A DNA stretch of 55,827 nucleotides. It comes from Rhodoluna sp. Lineage in GTDB: Bacteria > Actinomycetota > Actinomycetes > Actinomycetales > Microbacteriaceae. Shown in pieces: positions 42,121-51,779 of this stretch (positions within the stretch are counted from its first letter, which is position 1; every line of letters starts with the position of its first letter). The DNA lies in contig JAHEGM010000003.1 of the NCBI GenBank assembly GCA_024645105.1, positions 1 to 55,827 on the forward strand, written 5' to 3'. A program made the position numbers and the translations under genes. The notes below the pieces were generated by a model that was given only the letters and a program-made list of their open reading frames with translations, was not told where the DNA came from and made no database searches.

Positions 42121-44833
42121 CGGTTGATCCAGAGGTGCCAGCGTTCACGTCATGCAGACGGTACTTGTCGATTGCTTGCTGCGGAACACTTGGGTCCATT
42201 TCGCCGCGCTCAACAAGTTGCTCAAGTACGCGAACCACGATTGACGGGCCATCGATCTTAAAGAATCTGCGGGCCGCTGCACGAGTGTCTGAGAAACCAA
42301 AGCCATCTGCACCAAGGGTTGCGTAGTCACCAGGTACCCAGGCGCGAATCTGATCTTGCACTGCATGCATAAAGTCGCTCACGCCCAAGAAAGGCCCAGG
42401 GGCGTTCTTTAGCTTTGCGGTTAGGTACGAGTCTGGAATTTCGTGATTAGGGTTTAGGAACTTCGCCTCGTCACGCAGTAGACCATCGCGGCGCAATTCG
42501 CTCCATGAGGTTACTGACCAGATGTCTGCAGATACGCCCCAGTCGTTTTGTAGCAACTGCTGAGCTTCAAAAGCCCAAGGCACAGCAACACCGGATGCAA
42601 GAATTTGGGCCTTGCGTCCTTCGCTGTGGTTTTCTGAAACAAGATAGATGCCGCGAACAATACCTTCAACATCAACGTTCTCTGGTTCTGCTGGCTGAAC
42701 GTAAGGCTCGTTGTAAACAGTTAGGTAGTAGATGCAGTTTGGGTCTTGGTGTTGACCGCCGTACATGCGATCGATTCCACTCTTTACGATGTGAGCAATC
42801 TCGTATCCAAATGCAGGGTCGTAGCTGATAACCGCATTATTTGTTGATGCGATTAATGGAGAGTGACCATCGGCGTGCTGAAGACCTTCACCGGTTAGAG
42901 TCGTGCGACCTGCTGTAGCGCCAATCAAGAATCCTCGTGACAGTTGATCGGCCGCCGCCCATATGGAGTCAGCGGTTCGCTGGAATCCAAACATTGAGTA
43001 GAAGACGTAGAACGGGATCATCGGCTGACCCTGTGTTGCGTAGCTGGTAGCAGCTGCGGTGAAGCCCGCAATTGAACCCGCCTCATTGATTCCGGTGTGC
43101 AGAATCTGACCTGAGGTGCTCTCTTTATAGGCAAGCAACAGTTCGCGGTCTACAGAGATGTAGTGCTGACCTTGTGGGTTATAGATCTTCGCAGAAGGGA
43201 AGAATGCGTCCATACCAAAGGTGCGAGCCTCATCAGGAATGATTGGCACAATGCGCTCACCAAATTCTGGTGAACGTAGCAAGTCCTTGAAGAGACGAAC
43301 AAACGCCATTGTGGTTGCTACTTCTTGGGTGCCTGAGCCGCCCTTTGCAGACTTATAAACATCTTCTGCAGGAAGTTTGAAGTCAACATATTTGCTGCGA
43401 CGTTCTGGCAGGTAACCACCTAGTTCGCGACGACGCTCGTGCATGTATTGAATTTCCGGAGCGTCTTGACCTGGGTGGAAGTATGGCGGCTGGTAAGGGT
43501 TTTCCTCGAGCTGCGCGTCAGTGATTGGAATACGAAGTTCGTCGCGGAATCCCTTGAGGTTATCTAGAGTCAACTTCTTCATCTGGTGGGTAGCGTTGCG
43601 ACCTTCAAATGATTTACCAAGCGTGAAGCCCTTGATTGTCTTGGCAAGAATCACTGTTGGTTGACCCTTGTGTTCCATTGCAGACTTATAAGCGGCGTAG
43701 ACCTTGCGGTAGTCGTGACCACCGCGCTTTAGTCCCCAAATTTCCTCGTCGCTCATGTGCTCAACAAGTTTTGCGGTTCGTGGGTCGCGACCAAAGAAGT
43801 TTTCGCGCACGAATGCACCATCTTCAGTCTTGTAAGTTTGGAAGTCGCCGTCCGGCGTCTTGTTCATCAAATCAACCAGTGCGCCATCGGTGTCGTTGGC
43901 AAGTAGCGAGTCCCACTCGCGACCCCAGACAACTTTGATTACATTCCAACCGGCACCGCGGAAGAAAGATTCAAGCTCTTGAATAATTTTTCCGTTGCCT
44001 CGTACAGGACCATCAAGACGTTGGAGGTTACAGTTCACAACAAAGGTGAGGTTATCTAGGTTGTCGTTAGCGGCAAGTTGAAGTGCACCACGTGATTCAA
44101 CTTCGTCCATCTCACCATCACCCAAGAAGGCCCACACGTGCTGTTCTGCGGTGTCCTTAATTCCACGGCCAGCAAGGTAGCGGTTGAATTGCGCCTGGTA
44201 AATGGCATTGATTGGACCAATACCCATAGACACGGTTGGGAACTGCCAGAAGTCTGGCATTAAACGTGGGTGTGGGTATGAAGAAAGCGATCCGGCTTGG
44301 TGAGACTTCTCTTGACGGAAACCATCCAGTTGATCTGCGCTTAGGCGACCCTCAAGAAAAGCTCTAGCGTAAGGGCCAGGAGAGGCGTGACCCTGAATGA
44401 AAATCTGGTCGCCACCAGATGGGTGATCTTGACCCTTGAAGAAGTGGTTGAAACCAACTTCATAAAGTGAAGCAGAAGAAGCAAAAGTTGAAATGTGACC
44501 ACCAACACCAACGCCCGGACGCTGCGCGCGGTGAACAAGCATCGCCGCGTTCCAGCGCATCCAAGCGCGATAGGTTCGCTCAATTTTTTCGTCACCAGGG
44601 AACTCGGCTTCATTCTCTGGGGCAATGGTGTTTAGGTAGTCGGTCGTCGGAACGATAGGAACATTCAGTTGTAGCTCGTGAGAACGACGCAAAAGATTCA
44701 ACATGATTTCGCGGGCACGACCACGACCGTGCACACGTGCTACGGCGTCTAGCGATTCAAGCCATTCGCTTGTTTCTTGTGGGTCAAGGTCCGGGGTGTT
44801 GACCGCGTATGCATCATTGTTGTTAATTGACAA
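42107..44833 (-). CDS. aceE: Pyruvate dehydrogenase E1 (homodimeric)
   Basis: GGHIS, SYPHP, GDGEMDE TPP motif, [15 protein letters not shown]. Confidence 0.98.
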   Translation of the reverse strand: MSINNNDAYAVNTPDLDPQETSEWLESLDAVARVHGRGRAREIMLNLLRRSHELQLNVPIVPTTDYLNTIAPENEAEFPGDEKIERTYRAWMRWNAAMLVHRAQRPGVGVGGHISTFASSASLYEVGFNHFFKGQDHPSGGDQIFIQGHASPGPYARAFLEGRLSADQLDGFRQEKSHQAGSLSSYPHPRLMPDFWQFPTVSMGIGPINAIYQAQFNRYLAGRGIKDTAEQHVWAFLGDGEMDEVESRGALQLAANDNLDNLTFVVNCNLQRLDGPVRGNGKIIQELESFFRGAGWNVIKVVWGREWDSLLANDTDGALVDLMNKTPDGDFQTYKTEDGAFVRENFFGRDPRTAKLVEHMSDEEIWGLKRGGHDYRKVYAAYKSAMEHKGQPTVILAKTIKGFTLGKSFEGRNATHQMKKLTLDNLKGFRDELRIPITDAQLEENPYQPPYFHPGQDAPEIQYMHERRRELGGYLPERRSKYVDFKLPAEDVYKSAKGGSGTQEVATTMAFVRLFKDLLRSPEFGERIVPIIPDEARTFGMDAFFPSAKIYNPQGQHYISVDRELLLAYKESTSGQILHTGINEAGSIAGFTAAATSYATQGQPMIPFYVFYSMFGFQRTADSIWAAADQLSRGFLIGATAGRTTLTGEGLQHADGHSPLIASTNNAVISYDPAFGYEIAHIVKSGIDRMYGGQHQDPNCIYYLTVYNEPYVQPAEPENVDVEGIVRGIYLVSENHSEGRKAQILASGVAVPWAFEAQQLLQNDWGVSADIWSVTSWSELRRDGLLRDEAKFLNPNHEIPDSYLTAKLKNAPGPFLGVSDFMHAVQDQIRAWVPGDYATLGADGFGFSDTRAAARRFFKIDGPSIVVRVLEQLVERGEMDPSVPQQAIDKYRLHDVNAGTSGSTGGEN

Positions 44834-44978
44834 CTGACATCCTTTTCGTGGGGGATGGACAAAGGAAACTCAAAAGCTTTGGTAAAGCCTCTAAAAGTTT
44901 ACGCTGAGGATGGGATGCAAAAGTGTGGTTTGCTGGTTGCTATAGCCAAAGCCACCATTTTTTACAGAGGAGAAACAA

Positions 44979-45437
44979 TTGAGCCTGATTATCGGCGATC
45001 CAGCCCCACAGTTTGAGCTAATCAACCAGTTTGGCGAAACAGCCAGCTTGGCTGATTTCAAGGGTAAGAAGCCAGTTGTGATTGTCTTCTATCCGCTGTC
45101 TTTCTCAGGCATTTGCACCGGAGAGCTCTGCGAGATTCGCGATAACTTTGCCAAGTTCGAGAACGAAAATGTTGAGCTGCTGGCAATATCGGTGGATTCA
45201 AAGTACGTGCAGAAGCAATTCGCCGAGCACGAGGGCTATAAGTTCAGCGTTTTGGCTGATTTCTGGCCTCACGGGGCGGTCGCCAAGCAGTATGGCGTCT
45301 TCATTGAGGACGCAGGCATTGCCAATCGCGCGACTTTTGTGATCAACATCGATGGCGATTTGGTTGCCAAGTTCGTGACTGCGCCAGGCCAGGCACGCAG
45401 CCTAGATGAGTACGATAAGGCGCTTGCATCGCTTTAG
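44979..45437 (+). CDS. Peroxiredoxin (AhpE-like)
   Basis: FYPLSFSGICTGELC, ADFWPHG and RATFVI motifs. Confidence 0.9.
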   Translation: MSLIIGDPAPQFELINQFGETASLADFKGKKPVVIVFYPLSFSGICTGELCEIRDNFAKFENENVELLAISVDSKYVQKQFAEHEGYKFSVLADFWPHGAVAKQYGVFIEDAGIANRATFVINIDGDLVAKFVTAPGQARSLDEYDKALASL

Positions 45438-45521
45438 GTCAAAAACCAGCCCAAATTGGCGTAAACCCGCCAAAATGGGATAGGCTCTTCGAGTTGCAGT
45501 TCGCTGCAAACCTCGAAAGAG

Positions 45522-45594
45522 GGGCCTTTAGCTCAGCTGGTAGAGCGCCACGCTTACACCGTGGATGTCATCGGTTCGATCCCGGTAGGGCCCA
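45522..45594 (+). tRNA. tRNA-Val(TAC), CCA not encoded
   Basis: GGGCCTT/AGGGCCC acceptor stem, CCACG-CTTACAC-CGTGG anticodon arm, GGTTCGATCCC T arm. Confidence 0.96.
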
Positions 45595-45602
45595 CGCAAG
45601 TG

Positions 45603-45630
45603 AATCCCCAGTCCTTGGACTGGGGATTTT
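45603..45630 (+). terminator. Intrinsic terminator after tRNA-Val
   Basis: AATCCCCAGTC-CTTG-GACTGGGGATT perfect 11-bp stem ending in a T run. Confidence 0.88.
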
Positions 45631-45697
45631 GCTTTAAAGGTGTCAACCAGAGAACCTCCAAGCCAGTCAAATCCGGCCTCGGCATTAGTATTTGGGT

Positions 45698-47875
45698 ATG
45701 GATTCGACTAATTTCACCCCTCCAGCGCGCCGCTCAATGACCGATGCCCAGATTCAAGAGGCTTTAGGCAATGCTCAGGCAGATGAGGCCGGCATCACCG
45801 CCGCAATGGAGCTGCTTGAGACGCAGGCTCAACTTCGCGACATAGAGAAGATGGAGTTTTCGTCTTGGGTGATTGAAATGGAGCGAATCGGCTCGCCAGA
45901 GGCCTTGCTAGCAGTTGAGAATGCCAAGCGTGCCCAGCAGGGGCTTGAGCCGCTTGAGGCGCCTACCGTGGTGCCTCAAGTAATTGAACCTATTGAAGAT
46001 GTGGTCTCGCGCCTCAATGACATGTACGCCAATCAGGTGGCAGTTCCTGAGGTTGTTGAAGAACTGGTTGTTGAAGAAGTGGTTGTTGAGGAAGTTGCAG
46101 CGGAAGTTCCAGAAATTGCGCCGTTCTTTACTGAGCAGGCAACTGAAGAGTCAGCTCCTGAGGCATCAGCTCCTGAAGCATCGGCTCCTGAAGAATTGGA
46201 TGAGTTTGAGAGATTGCTGGCTGCCGACACTGTTGTTGGCGCCGAAGACGAATTGACTGCTCTTGAAGAAGAGCTTCTCGAAGACCTTGCCGTAGCCCCA
46301 GTTGCCTCGGCCCCGGCCTTCGCTGAGGAATCTATGACTGTTTTAGAGACCAACCCTGGAGTTAGTTTCAAGACTGCCTCTCCTATTGAAGAGGTCTCAA
46401 TTGAATCAGCACCAAAAACCAGCAGACGAAGTAATTCTGTTTCGCAGTTCTGGGCTTGGTTGACATTAAGCGGCTCGGTCTTGCCGCTTGGTTTAGCTTG
46501 GTTCGTTTTCGATGCCGGAATTGCATTCACACAGGCGGTCTTGGCGATCTTCTTGGGCGCGACTGCTTCGGCAATCGTGATTGCGGTTGGCGCACTGGCC
46601 GGAAAGCGAAGCGGCTTGCCAACCCTGATGATCTCTCGTGCAGCATTTGGTGTTTATGGCAACGCAGCACCTGCTTCTATTCTCACCGTGGTTCGAATTC
46701 TTTGGTCCGCTGCAATCCTGGCCGTTGTGGTTTACCTAGGAAATGAATACTTCAGCGTTGAGTCCATTACTGATTACACCGATAACAACACCATCACATT
46801 AGGACTTGTGGTTCTAGCGCTTGTGATTGCTTCTGTGACCCTTGCGATTTTTGGTGGCAGAGTTCTTTATCGAGCGCAGCAGGTAGCCGGCATCATTGGC
46901 GTGCTGACAGTTGCAACTTTGGCAATTGCCACAGCGGGTGGAATTTCAGTTGACGATTTGCTAGCGCAGTCAACTTCAAGTTGGCCGGCAACGTTCGGTA
47001 TAGCCGTAATGACTTTCTCTATTTTTGGTTTGGCTTGGACTTCGGCCGGTGCAGATTTTGCTCGAAAGCTATCAACTCACGCGCGCGGCGCTGCTGTAGT
47101 TGGTTGGGGCGCACTAGCTCTAGCGTTTGTGCCAACTTTGGTTGCAGCATTTGGGCTAGCGCTGCTTGGATCAGCGCCGCAAAAAGTAACTAGCGGGTTG
47201 ACATCTTCAGGCTTCTACTCAGTTTCTATGCTGCAGGAGTTCTCTGCGTTGCTTGCACCTTGGCTTGGGTACACCCTTGCAGGTTCTGCCGCGGTGACAA
47301 TCATCGTGGTACTTGCGATGTCACTGTATTCATCGAACCTGAGCCTGCACTCAATTGGTGCGAAACTGAAGCCAGCTTTGGCTCAGCCAATCTTGGGTCT
47401 TATCTCCGCAGCCGCGGCCGTTGCCGGAGTTATTTTGATTCCAGATCTGTTGAGTCTGATCAGAGACTACGCACTATTAATTGGCGTTCCGGTTGCGGCG
47501 TGGTCTGGAATTTTCGTTTCGGATATTTTGATTCGTCGTATCGCGTATCACGAGATATCCCTCAGCCGCGCATACGGTTTCTATAAATCCGTAAATTGGG
47601 TTAACTTGTCTGCTTGGGTAGTGGGTTCAGCGCTTGGCTACGGATTGATTTACAGCGAGCAGGCTGGATTTGGCTGGACCGGATACCTTGCTGACCTAAT
47701 GGTTAATCAAGAGTTTTGGGCCACAACATCGTTCGGTCTGATTATCGCGTTTGCGTTTGGTTCACTTATCCCTGTTGTCGCCGGTATTCCAAGAATCAAG
47801 CGTCAAGAAGCAGAGGTTCTTGCAATTGAATCGCGTCGAGATGACCTAAAAGACATCTTTGGCCTGGCTGAGTAA
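45698..47875 (+). CDS. NCS1 purine/cytosine permease-like transporter with long acidic N-terminal extension
   Basis: GKRSGLPTLMISRAAFGVYG, ADFAR and SLYSSNLSL motifs; about 12 TM segments after residue ~250. Confidence 0.85.
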   Translation: MDSTNFTPPARRSMTDAQIQEALGNAQADEAGITAAMELLETQAQLRDIEKMEFSSWVIEMERIGSPEALLAVENAKRAQQGLEPLEAPTVVPQVIEPIEDVVSRLNDMYANQVAVPEVVEELVVEEVVVEEVAAEVPEIAPFFTEQATEESAPEASAPEASAPEELDEFERLLAADTVVGAEDELTALEEELLEDLAVAPVASAPAFAEESMTVLETNPGVSFKTASPIEEVSIESAPKTSRRSNSVSQFWAWLTLSGSVLPLGLAWFVFDAGIAFTQAVLAIFLGATASAIVIAVGALAGKRSGLPTLMISRAAFGVYGNAAPASILTVVRILWSAAILAVVVYLGNEYFSVESITDYTDNNTITLGLVVLALVIASVTLAIFGGRVLYRAQQVAGIIGVLTVATLAIATAGGISVDDLLAQSTSSWPATFGIAVMTFSIFGLAWTSAGADFARKLSTHARGAAVVGWGALALAFVPTLVAAFGLALLGSAPQKVTSGLTSSGFYSVSMLQEFSALLAPWLGYTLAGSAAVTIIVVLAMSLYSSNLSLHSIGAKLKPALAQPILGLISAAAAVAGVILIPDLLSLIRDYALLIGVPVAAWSGIFVSDILIRRIAYHEISLSRAYGFYKSVNWVNLSAWVVGSALGYGLIYSEQAGFGWTGYLADLMVNQEFWATTSFGLIIAFAFGSLIPVVAGIPRIKRQEAEVLAIESRRDDLKDIFGLAE
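46151..46195 (+). repeat. 15-bp in-frame tandem repeat x3 (SAPEA)
   Basis: TCAGCTCCTGAGGCA TCAGCTCCTGAAGCA TCGGCTCCTGAAGAA. Confidence 0.85.
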
Positions 47876-48696
47876 TGGCAGTTGAGCTAAAGCAACTCGT
47901 CTCTGCGTTTGAGCAGATCTGGCCACTTAGTGGGGCAGAATCTTGGGATGCGCCCGGCCTAGTATCTGGTGAGCAAACTCAAAGAGTTTCTCGGGTGCTG
48001 TTAAGTGTTGATGTAACTTCCGAGATTATTTCGGAGGCACAAGATGGCGAATTCAATCTTGTGTTTTCACACCATCCCTATTTGCTGCGAGGTGTGCAGA
48101 GTGTTGCCGAATCTGGCGCCAAGGGCTCTGTATTGGCCAAGGCAATTAGATCAGGCGTTTCAATTTATTCTGCCCACACCAATGCCGATGTAGTTGAGTC
48201 CGGGGTGTCAGATGTGCTTGCCAAGGCCTTTGGTCTGCGGGGCACAGTTCCTCTCGTTGCAAATTCAGATTCAAATACGGGTCACGGCCGAGTCGGAGAT
48301 CTTGTTCAGCCCATGAAATTGGGTGATTTTGCTCGCTTTGTTTCTAGAATTCTTCCGGCTACAGCAAGTGGCATTCGTGTTGCCGGTGATTACGAACAGA
48401 TCATTCAAAAGGTTGCTCTTTGCGGTGGAGCCGGCGATTCCTTCATTGCCGATGCCTTTGCCAGCGGGGCAGATGTTTATGTTACCTCTGACCTTAGGCA
48501 CCACCCAACCCAAGACGCCGTTGAGCAGTCAAGAGTGAACGAAGCACCCATGGCGTTGATGGATGTTTCACACTGGGCGAGTGAATGGGTTTGGCTTGAT
48601 GTTGCCGCGGCACAATTGAGCGAGCTGTTTCCGACTGTGCAATTTGTAGTTAGCCACATTCGTACAGACCCGTGGGAATTTACTGTCACTCAGTAG
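47875..48696 (+). CDS. Nif3-like dinuclear metal center protein
   Basis: AESWD..GL, HHP, HTNAD, DLRHH and HWASE motifs. Confidence 0.93.
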   Translation: MAVELKQLVSAFEQIWPLSGAESWDAPGLVSGEQTQRVSRVLLSVDVTSEIISEAQDGEFNLVFSHHPYLLRGVQSVAESGAKGSVLAKAIRSGVSIYSAHTNADVVESGVSDVLAKAFGLRGTVPLVANSDSNTGHGRVGDLVQPMKLGDFARFVSRILPATASGIRVAGDYEQIIQKVALCGGAGDSFIADAFASGADVYVTSDLRHHPTQDAVEQSRVNEAPMALMDVSHWASEWVWLDVAAAQLSELFPTVQFVVSHIRTDPWEFTVTQ

Positions 48697-48745
48697 TAAT
48701 GCTTCAAGGTAGTTTTGTAGAGACCAATTAAAAAGAGAGAATTCA

Positions 48746-49459
48746 ATGAAAGCGTCTGAGAATCAGCAAGCTGAATTGCTTGGTCTGGCCAATCTTGATT
48801 TGGAAATATCTCGCACTCGCACCTATCTAACCAACCTGACCAGCGGAAATGCTTTTTCCGATTTGCGATCCGCCCAACGTGATTGCGCTGCACAGCTTAT
48901 TGAGAGCAGAAATGCACTTGATCAGGTTGAACTTGACCTAGCTCGAGCCGAGGCAGATTTGAAGTTGGTTGAACAGAGAATTGAAAAAGACGCGGCAGCG
49001 TTGAACGCCACAAGTTCTTCAAAAGATGCACAGGGAATTCAATCAGAGCTTGAAACGCTAAAAAAGCGAAAATCTGAGCTTGAAGATCTAGAGTTGGCAA
49101 TCTTAGAACGCAAAGATGAAGTTGAGGCTACCTACAAAACAGTATTGACCGATAAGCAAGCAATTGACGAGGAACTAGCGGCAAAAGAGTCAGCCAACGA
49201 AGCAGAAATAATGAAGTTGCGTTCAGGTCTTGACTTGAGTACTGCGCAGCGTTCGCAACAAGCTTCCAGAATTGATGCGGAGCTAATTGCGCTGTACGAA
49301 AAGAAAAGCTCTAGAGGATTAGCCGTTGGCAGATTGCTCGGCCGAGAATGTGGTGCTTGCCGCATGACTATTGGGGCCACGGCCTTGGCTGAAATTAATG
49401 CCATGCCAAGGGATGAAATTGCCACCTGTCCAGACTGCCAGGCAATACTGATCCGATGA
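48746..49459 (+). CDS. Coiled-coil protein with C4 zinc ribbon (DUF164-like)
   Basis: Long coiled coil ending in CGAC...CPDC; Nif3-Zn ribbon-RNase H synteny. Confidence 0.9.
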   Translation: MKASENQQAELLGLANLDLEISRTRTYLTNLTSGNAFSDLRSAQRDCAAQLIESRNALDQVELDLARAEADLKLVEQRIEKDAAALNATSSSKDAQGIQSELETLKKRKSELEDLELAILERKDEVEATYKTVLTDKQAIDEELAAKESANEAEIMKLRSGLDLSTAQRSQQASRIDAELIALYEKKSSRGLAVGRLLGRECGACRMTIGATALAEINAMPRDEIATCPDCQAILIR

Positions 49460-50613
49460 ACACGCCAGCCAATTTAATCATCGAGGCAGACGGCGGCTCT
49501 AGGGGAAACCCGGGCCCGGCTGGAAGTGGCGCAGTTGTTATCAATGCCGACAGCGGAGAAGTGATTCTTGAAATAGCAAAATTTATTGGCATCGCCACTA
49601 ACAATGTTGCTGAGTACCTTGCGCTCAAGGCTGGTCTCGAAGGCGCAATAGAAATTAATCCCGCCGCAAGGATCTTGGTGCGCATGGATTCAAAACTCGT
49701 GATCGAGCAAATGTCTGGCACCTGGAAGATCAAACACCCAGACATGATTCAACTTGCCAGCGAGGTTCAAAAAATTGCCAAGGGTCACGAAATTAAATGG
49801 ATGTGGATTCCAAGAGAACAGAACTCAAGGGCTGACGCCCTGGCTAATAAGGCTATGGATGAATCTGCCGACTCTGTTGTTTCATCAGAGGGCCAAGCTC
49901 TTCGTTCTCCAGTTGCCGAGTTCAATCAGCTTGCGCCGAGTTCCGTTCGTGCACCGGGGGGTGTCACAGAGCCTTTGACTACTGTCGTGTTGGTGCGTCA
50001 CGGGCGAACACACTTGACCGAATCCAAGCGAATCTCTGGCAGGGGAGGCGAGGACCCTAAACTTTCCGATCTCGGCAGGCTTGACGCCAGGTTGGTTGCC
50101 GATGCGCTAAAGCAGATTGGGAATTCGGGTCCCTGGTCTTATCTAAATCCAATCTCGGCAATTGTTGCCTCGCCGATACAGCGAACCCTAGATACTGCCA
50201 ACATCATTTCAAACGAGTTAGGCCTTGGCGTTTCAGTCAATGAAAACATCGCCGAGATTTCTTTTGGTGATTGGGATGGCCATACCAATGACGAAGTCAA
50301 AGCCAAATGGCCCCAAGAATTTGCCGCTTGGCAGGGCTCCTGGGACGTTGCTCCGCCTCACGGAGAATCGCTTGCCGAGTTTGATGCTCGCGTTCTAAAG
50401 GGTCTCTATGAGATTGTCGAAGAGCACCAGGGCAAGAGTGTTGCCGTAGTTAGTCACGTGATGCCGATTCGTGGGATGACTAGAAAAGCCTTTGAGGGCG
50501 GCATTTCAGCATATTGGGCACCGCAAATCTCACCTTGCTCCATCACAATTCTGCGCTTTTGGGGTAAGCAAGCCGCTGAAGTTCTAACAGTTAATTCAAC
50601 TTCGCACCTTTAG
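49456..50613 (+). CDS. Bifunctional RNase HI / histidine phosphatase (Rv2228c-like)
   Basis: ADGGSRGNPGPAG, NNVAEY, DSKLV (RNase H); RHG, SP..R, E..FG.W.G, VSH (phosphatase). Confidence 0.93.
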   Translation: MNTPANLIIEADGGSRGNPGPAGSGAVVINADSGEVILEIAKFIGIATNNVAEYLALKAGLEGAIEINPAARILVRMDSKLVIEQMSGTWKIKHPDMIQLASEVQKIAKGHEIKWMWIPREQNSRADALANKAMDESADSVVSSEGQALRSPVAEFNQLAPSSVRAPGGVTEPLTTVVLVRHGRTHLTESKRISGRGGEDPKLSDLGRLDARLVADALKQIGNSGPWSYLNPISAIVASPIQRTLDTANIISNELGLGVSVNENIAEISFGDWDGHTNDEVKAKWPQEFAAWQGSWDVAPPHGESLAEFDARVLKGLYEIVEEHQGKSVAVVSHVMPIRGMTRKAFEGGISAYWAPQISPCSITILRFWGKQAAEVLTVNSTSHL

Positions 50614-50654
50614 GCATTTCATTGCCACCGATTATTGGGTCAAGTAGTCTTTAG

Positions 50655-51006
50655 GTGGATGGGTCGGCAAGGCGATCGCGATGGAAACATCGAGGAACGT
50701 CCGGGCTCCAAAGAGCACGGCGGTGGTTAACAACCACCCGGGGTAACCCGCGAGAAAGTGCAACAGAAAGTAAACCGCCGAGCAATCGGTAAGGGTGAAA
50801 CGGTGGTGTAAGAGACCACCAGTGGGGCGTGTGAGCGCCTCAGCTAGGTAAACCTCGCTTGGAGCAAGGTCAGACAGGGATCGCATAGAGCTGCTCGCTC
50901 TTGGTCTCGGGTAGGCCGCTCGAGGGTGTTGGCAACAACACCCCTAGATAGATGATCGTCACCTGGAAACAGGCACAGAACCCGGCGTAATAGCCGGCCC
51001 ATCCAC
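50655..51006 (+). ncRNA. rnpB: RNase P RNA (type A)
   Basis: GAGGAACGTCCGGGCTC, AGTGCAACAGAA, GGTAAACC and ACAGAACCCGGCGTA conserved regions; P1 GTGGATGGGTCGGC/GCCGGCCCATCCAC. Confidence 0.96.
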
Positions 51007-51009
51007 TTT

Positions 51010-51765
51010 CTATTTAGAGGCTTTTTTGGCCAGGGCAGCGGCCCCAAGAATTCCAGCGTTGTTGCGCTTTGCGGCGGGCACAATTGGGGCATTGAGTTTC
51101 AGCAGCGGTAAAAATTCTTCATGCTGCTTCGAAACTCCACCGCCAACGATAATCAGGTCTGGCGTAAAAAGGCGCTCAAGTGTGGAGTAGTACTTCTGCA
51201 GGCGTTCGGCCCACTGTTGCCAACTTAAGTTCTCTCGTTCCTTGGCCGCAAACGATGCCTTGGATTCGTAGTCGACGCCTTCTATTTCTAGGTGGCCCAA
51301 TTCGGCATTTGGCACCAGTTTGCCGTTGATAAAAAGTGAAGAACCAATACCAGTTCCCAAGGTCGTCATGATTACCAGACCGTCAACATCTTTAGCCGCG
51401 CCAAATTTAATTTCGGCTACTCCAGCCGCGTCTGCATCGTTGATTACGTGCACCGGACGCCCCAGAGAGCTAGTGAACAGTTCATCAGCGTCTAAGCCAA
51501 TCCAGTCTTTTGAAACGTTTGCGGCTGACATGGTCACGCCGTTTCTTGTGATGGCAGGAAAACAAATTCCAACAAGCATGTCTTGTTTGGCATCAGGAAG
51601 CTCAAGAACCAGTTGAGCAACAACATTTGCGATATCTTGTGGCTTGCCACCAGCTGGGGTCTCGTAGCGAACTCGTTCGCCGATTAGGGAGCCGGTTTTT
51701 AGGTTGACAACCGCACCCTTTATTCCGGTGCCGCCAATGTCGATGCCAATTGCCTTCTTGCTCAT
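51010..51765 (-). CDS. ppgK: Polyphosphate glucokinase (ROK family)
   Basis: GIDIGGTGIKG, NDADAAG, LGTGIGS, ELGHL, GGGVSK and NNAGILGAA motifs. Confidence 0.93.
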   Translation of the reverse strand: MSKKAIGIDIGGTGIKGAVVNLKTGSLIGERVRYETPAGGKPQDIANVVAQLVLELPDAKQDMLVGICFPAITRNGVTMSAANVSKDWIGLDADELFTSSLGRPVHVINDADAAGVAEIKFGAAKDVDGLVIMTTLGTGIGSSLFINGKLVPNAELGHLEIEGVDYESKASFAAKERENLSWQQWAERLQKYYSTLERLFTPDLIIVGGGVSKQHEEFLPLLKLNAPIVPAAKRNNAGILGAAALAKKASK

Positions 51766-51779
51766 AGATACCTATCTTG

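Noticed and set aside
46050-46195. Short repeats considered as a possible CRISPR array
   Set aside because: In-frame coding tandem repeats with no spacers, and no cas genes in the window
46033-46530. Ser/Thr-rich 165-aa minus-strand ORF with GADAS repeats
   Set aside because: Mirror image of the Glu/Val-rich repeat region of the permease on the plus strand
49456-50613. RNase H-phosphatase fusion as a novelty
   Set aside because: Known actinobacterial architecture (Rv2228c type) in its usual gene context
50632-51092. Two short minus-strand ORFs
   Set aside because: They overlap rnpB, which fully explains the region
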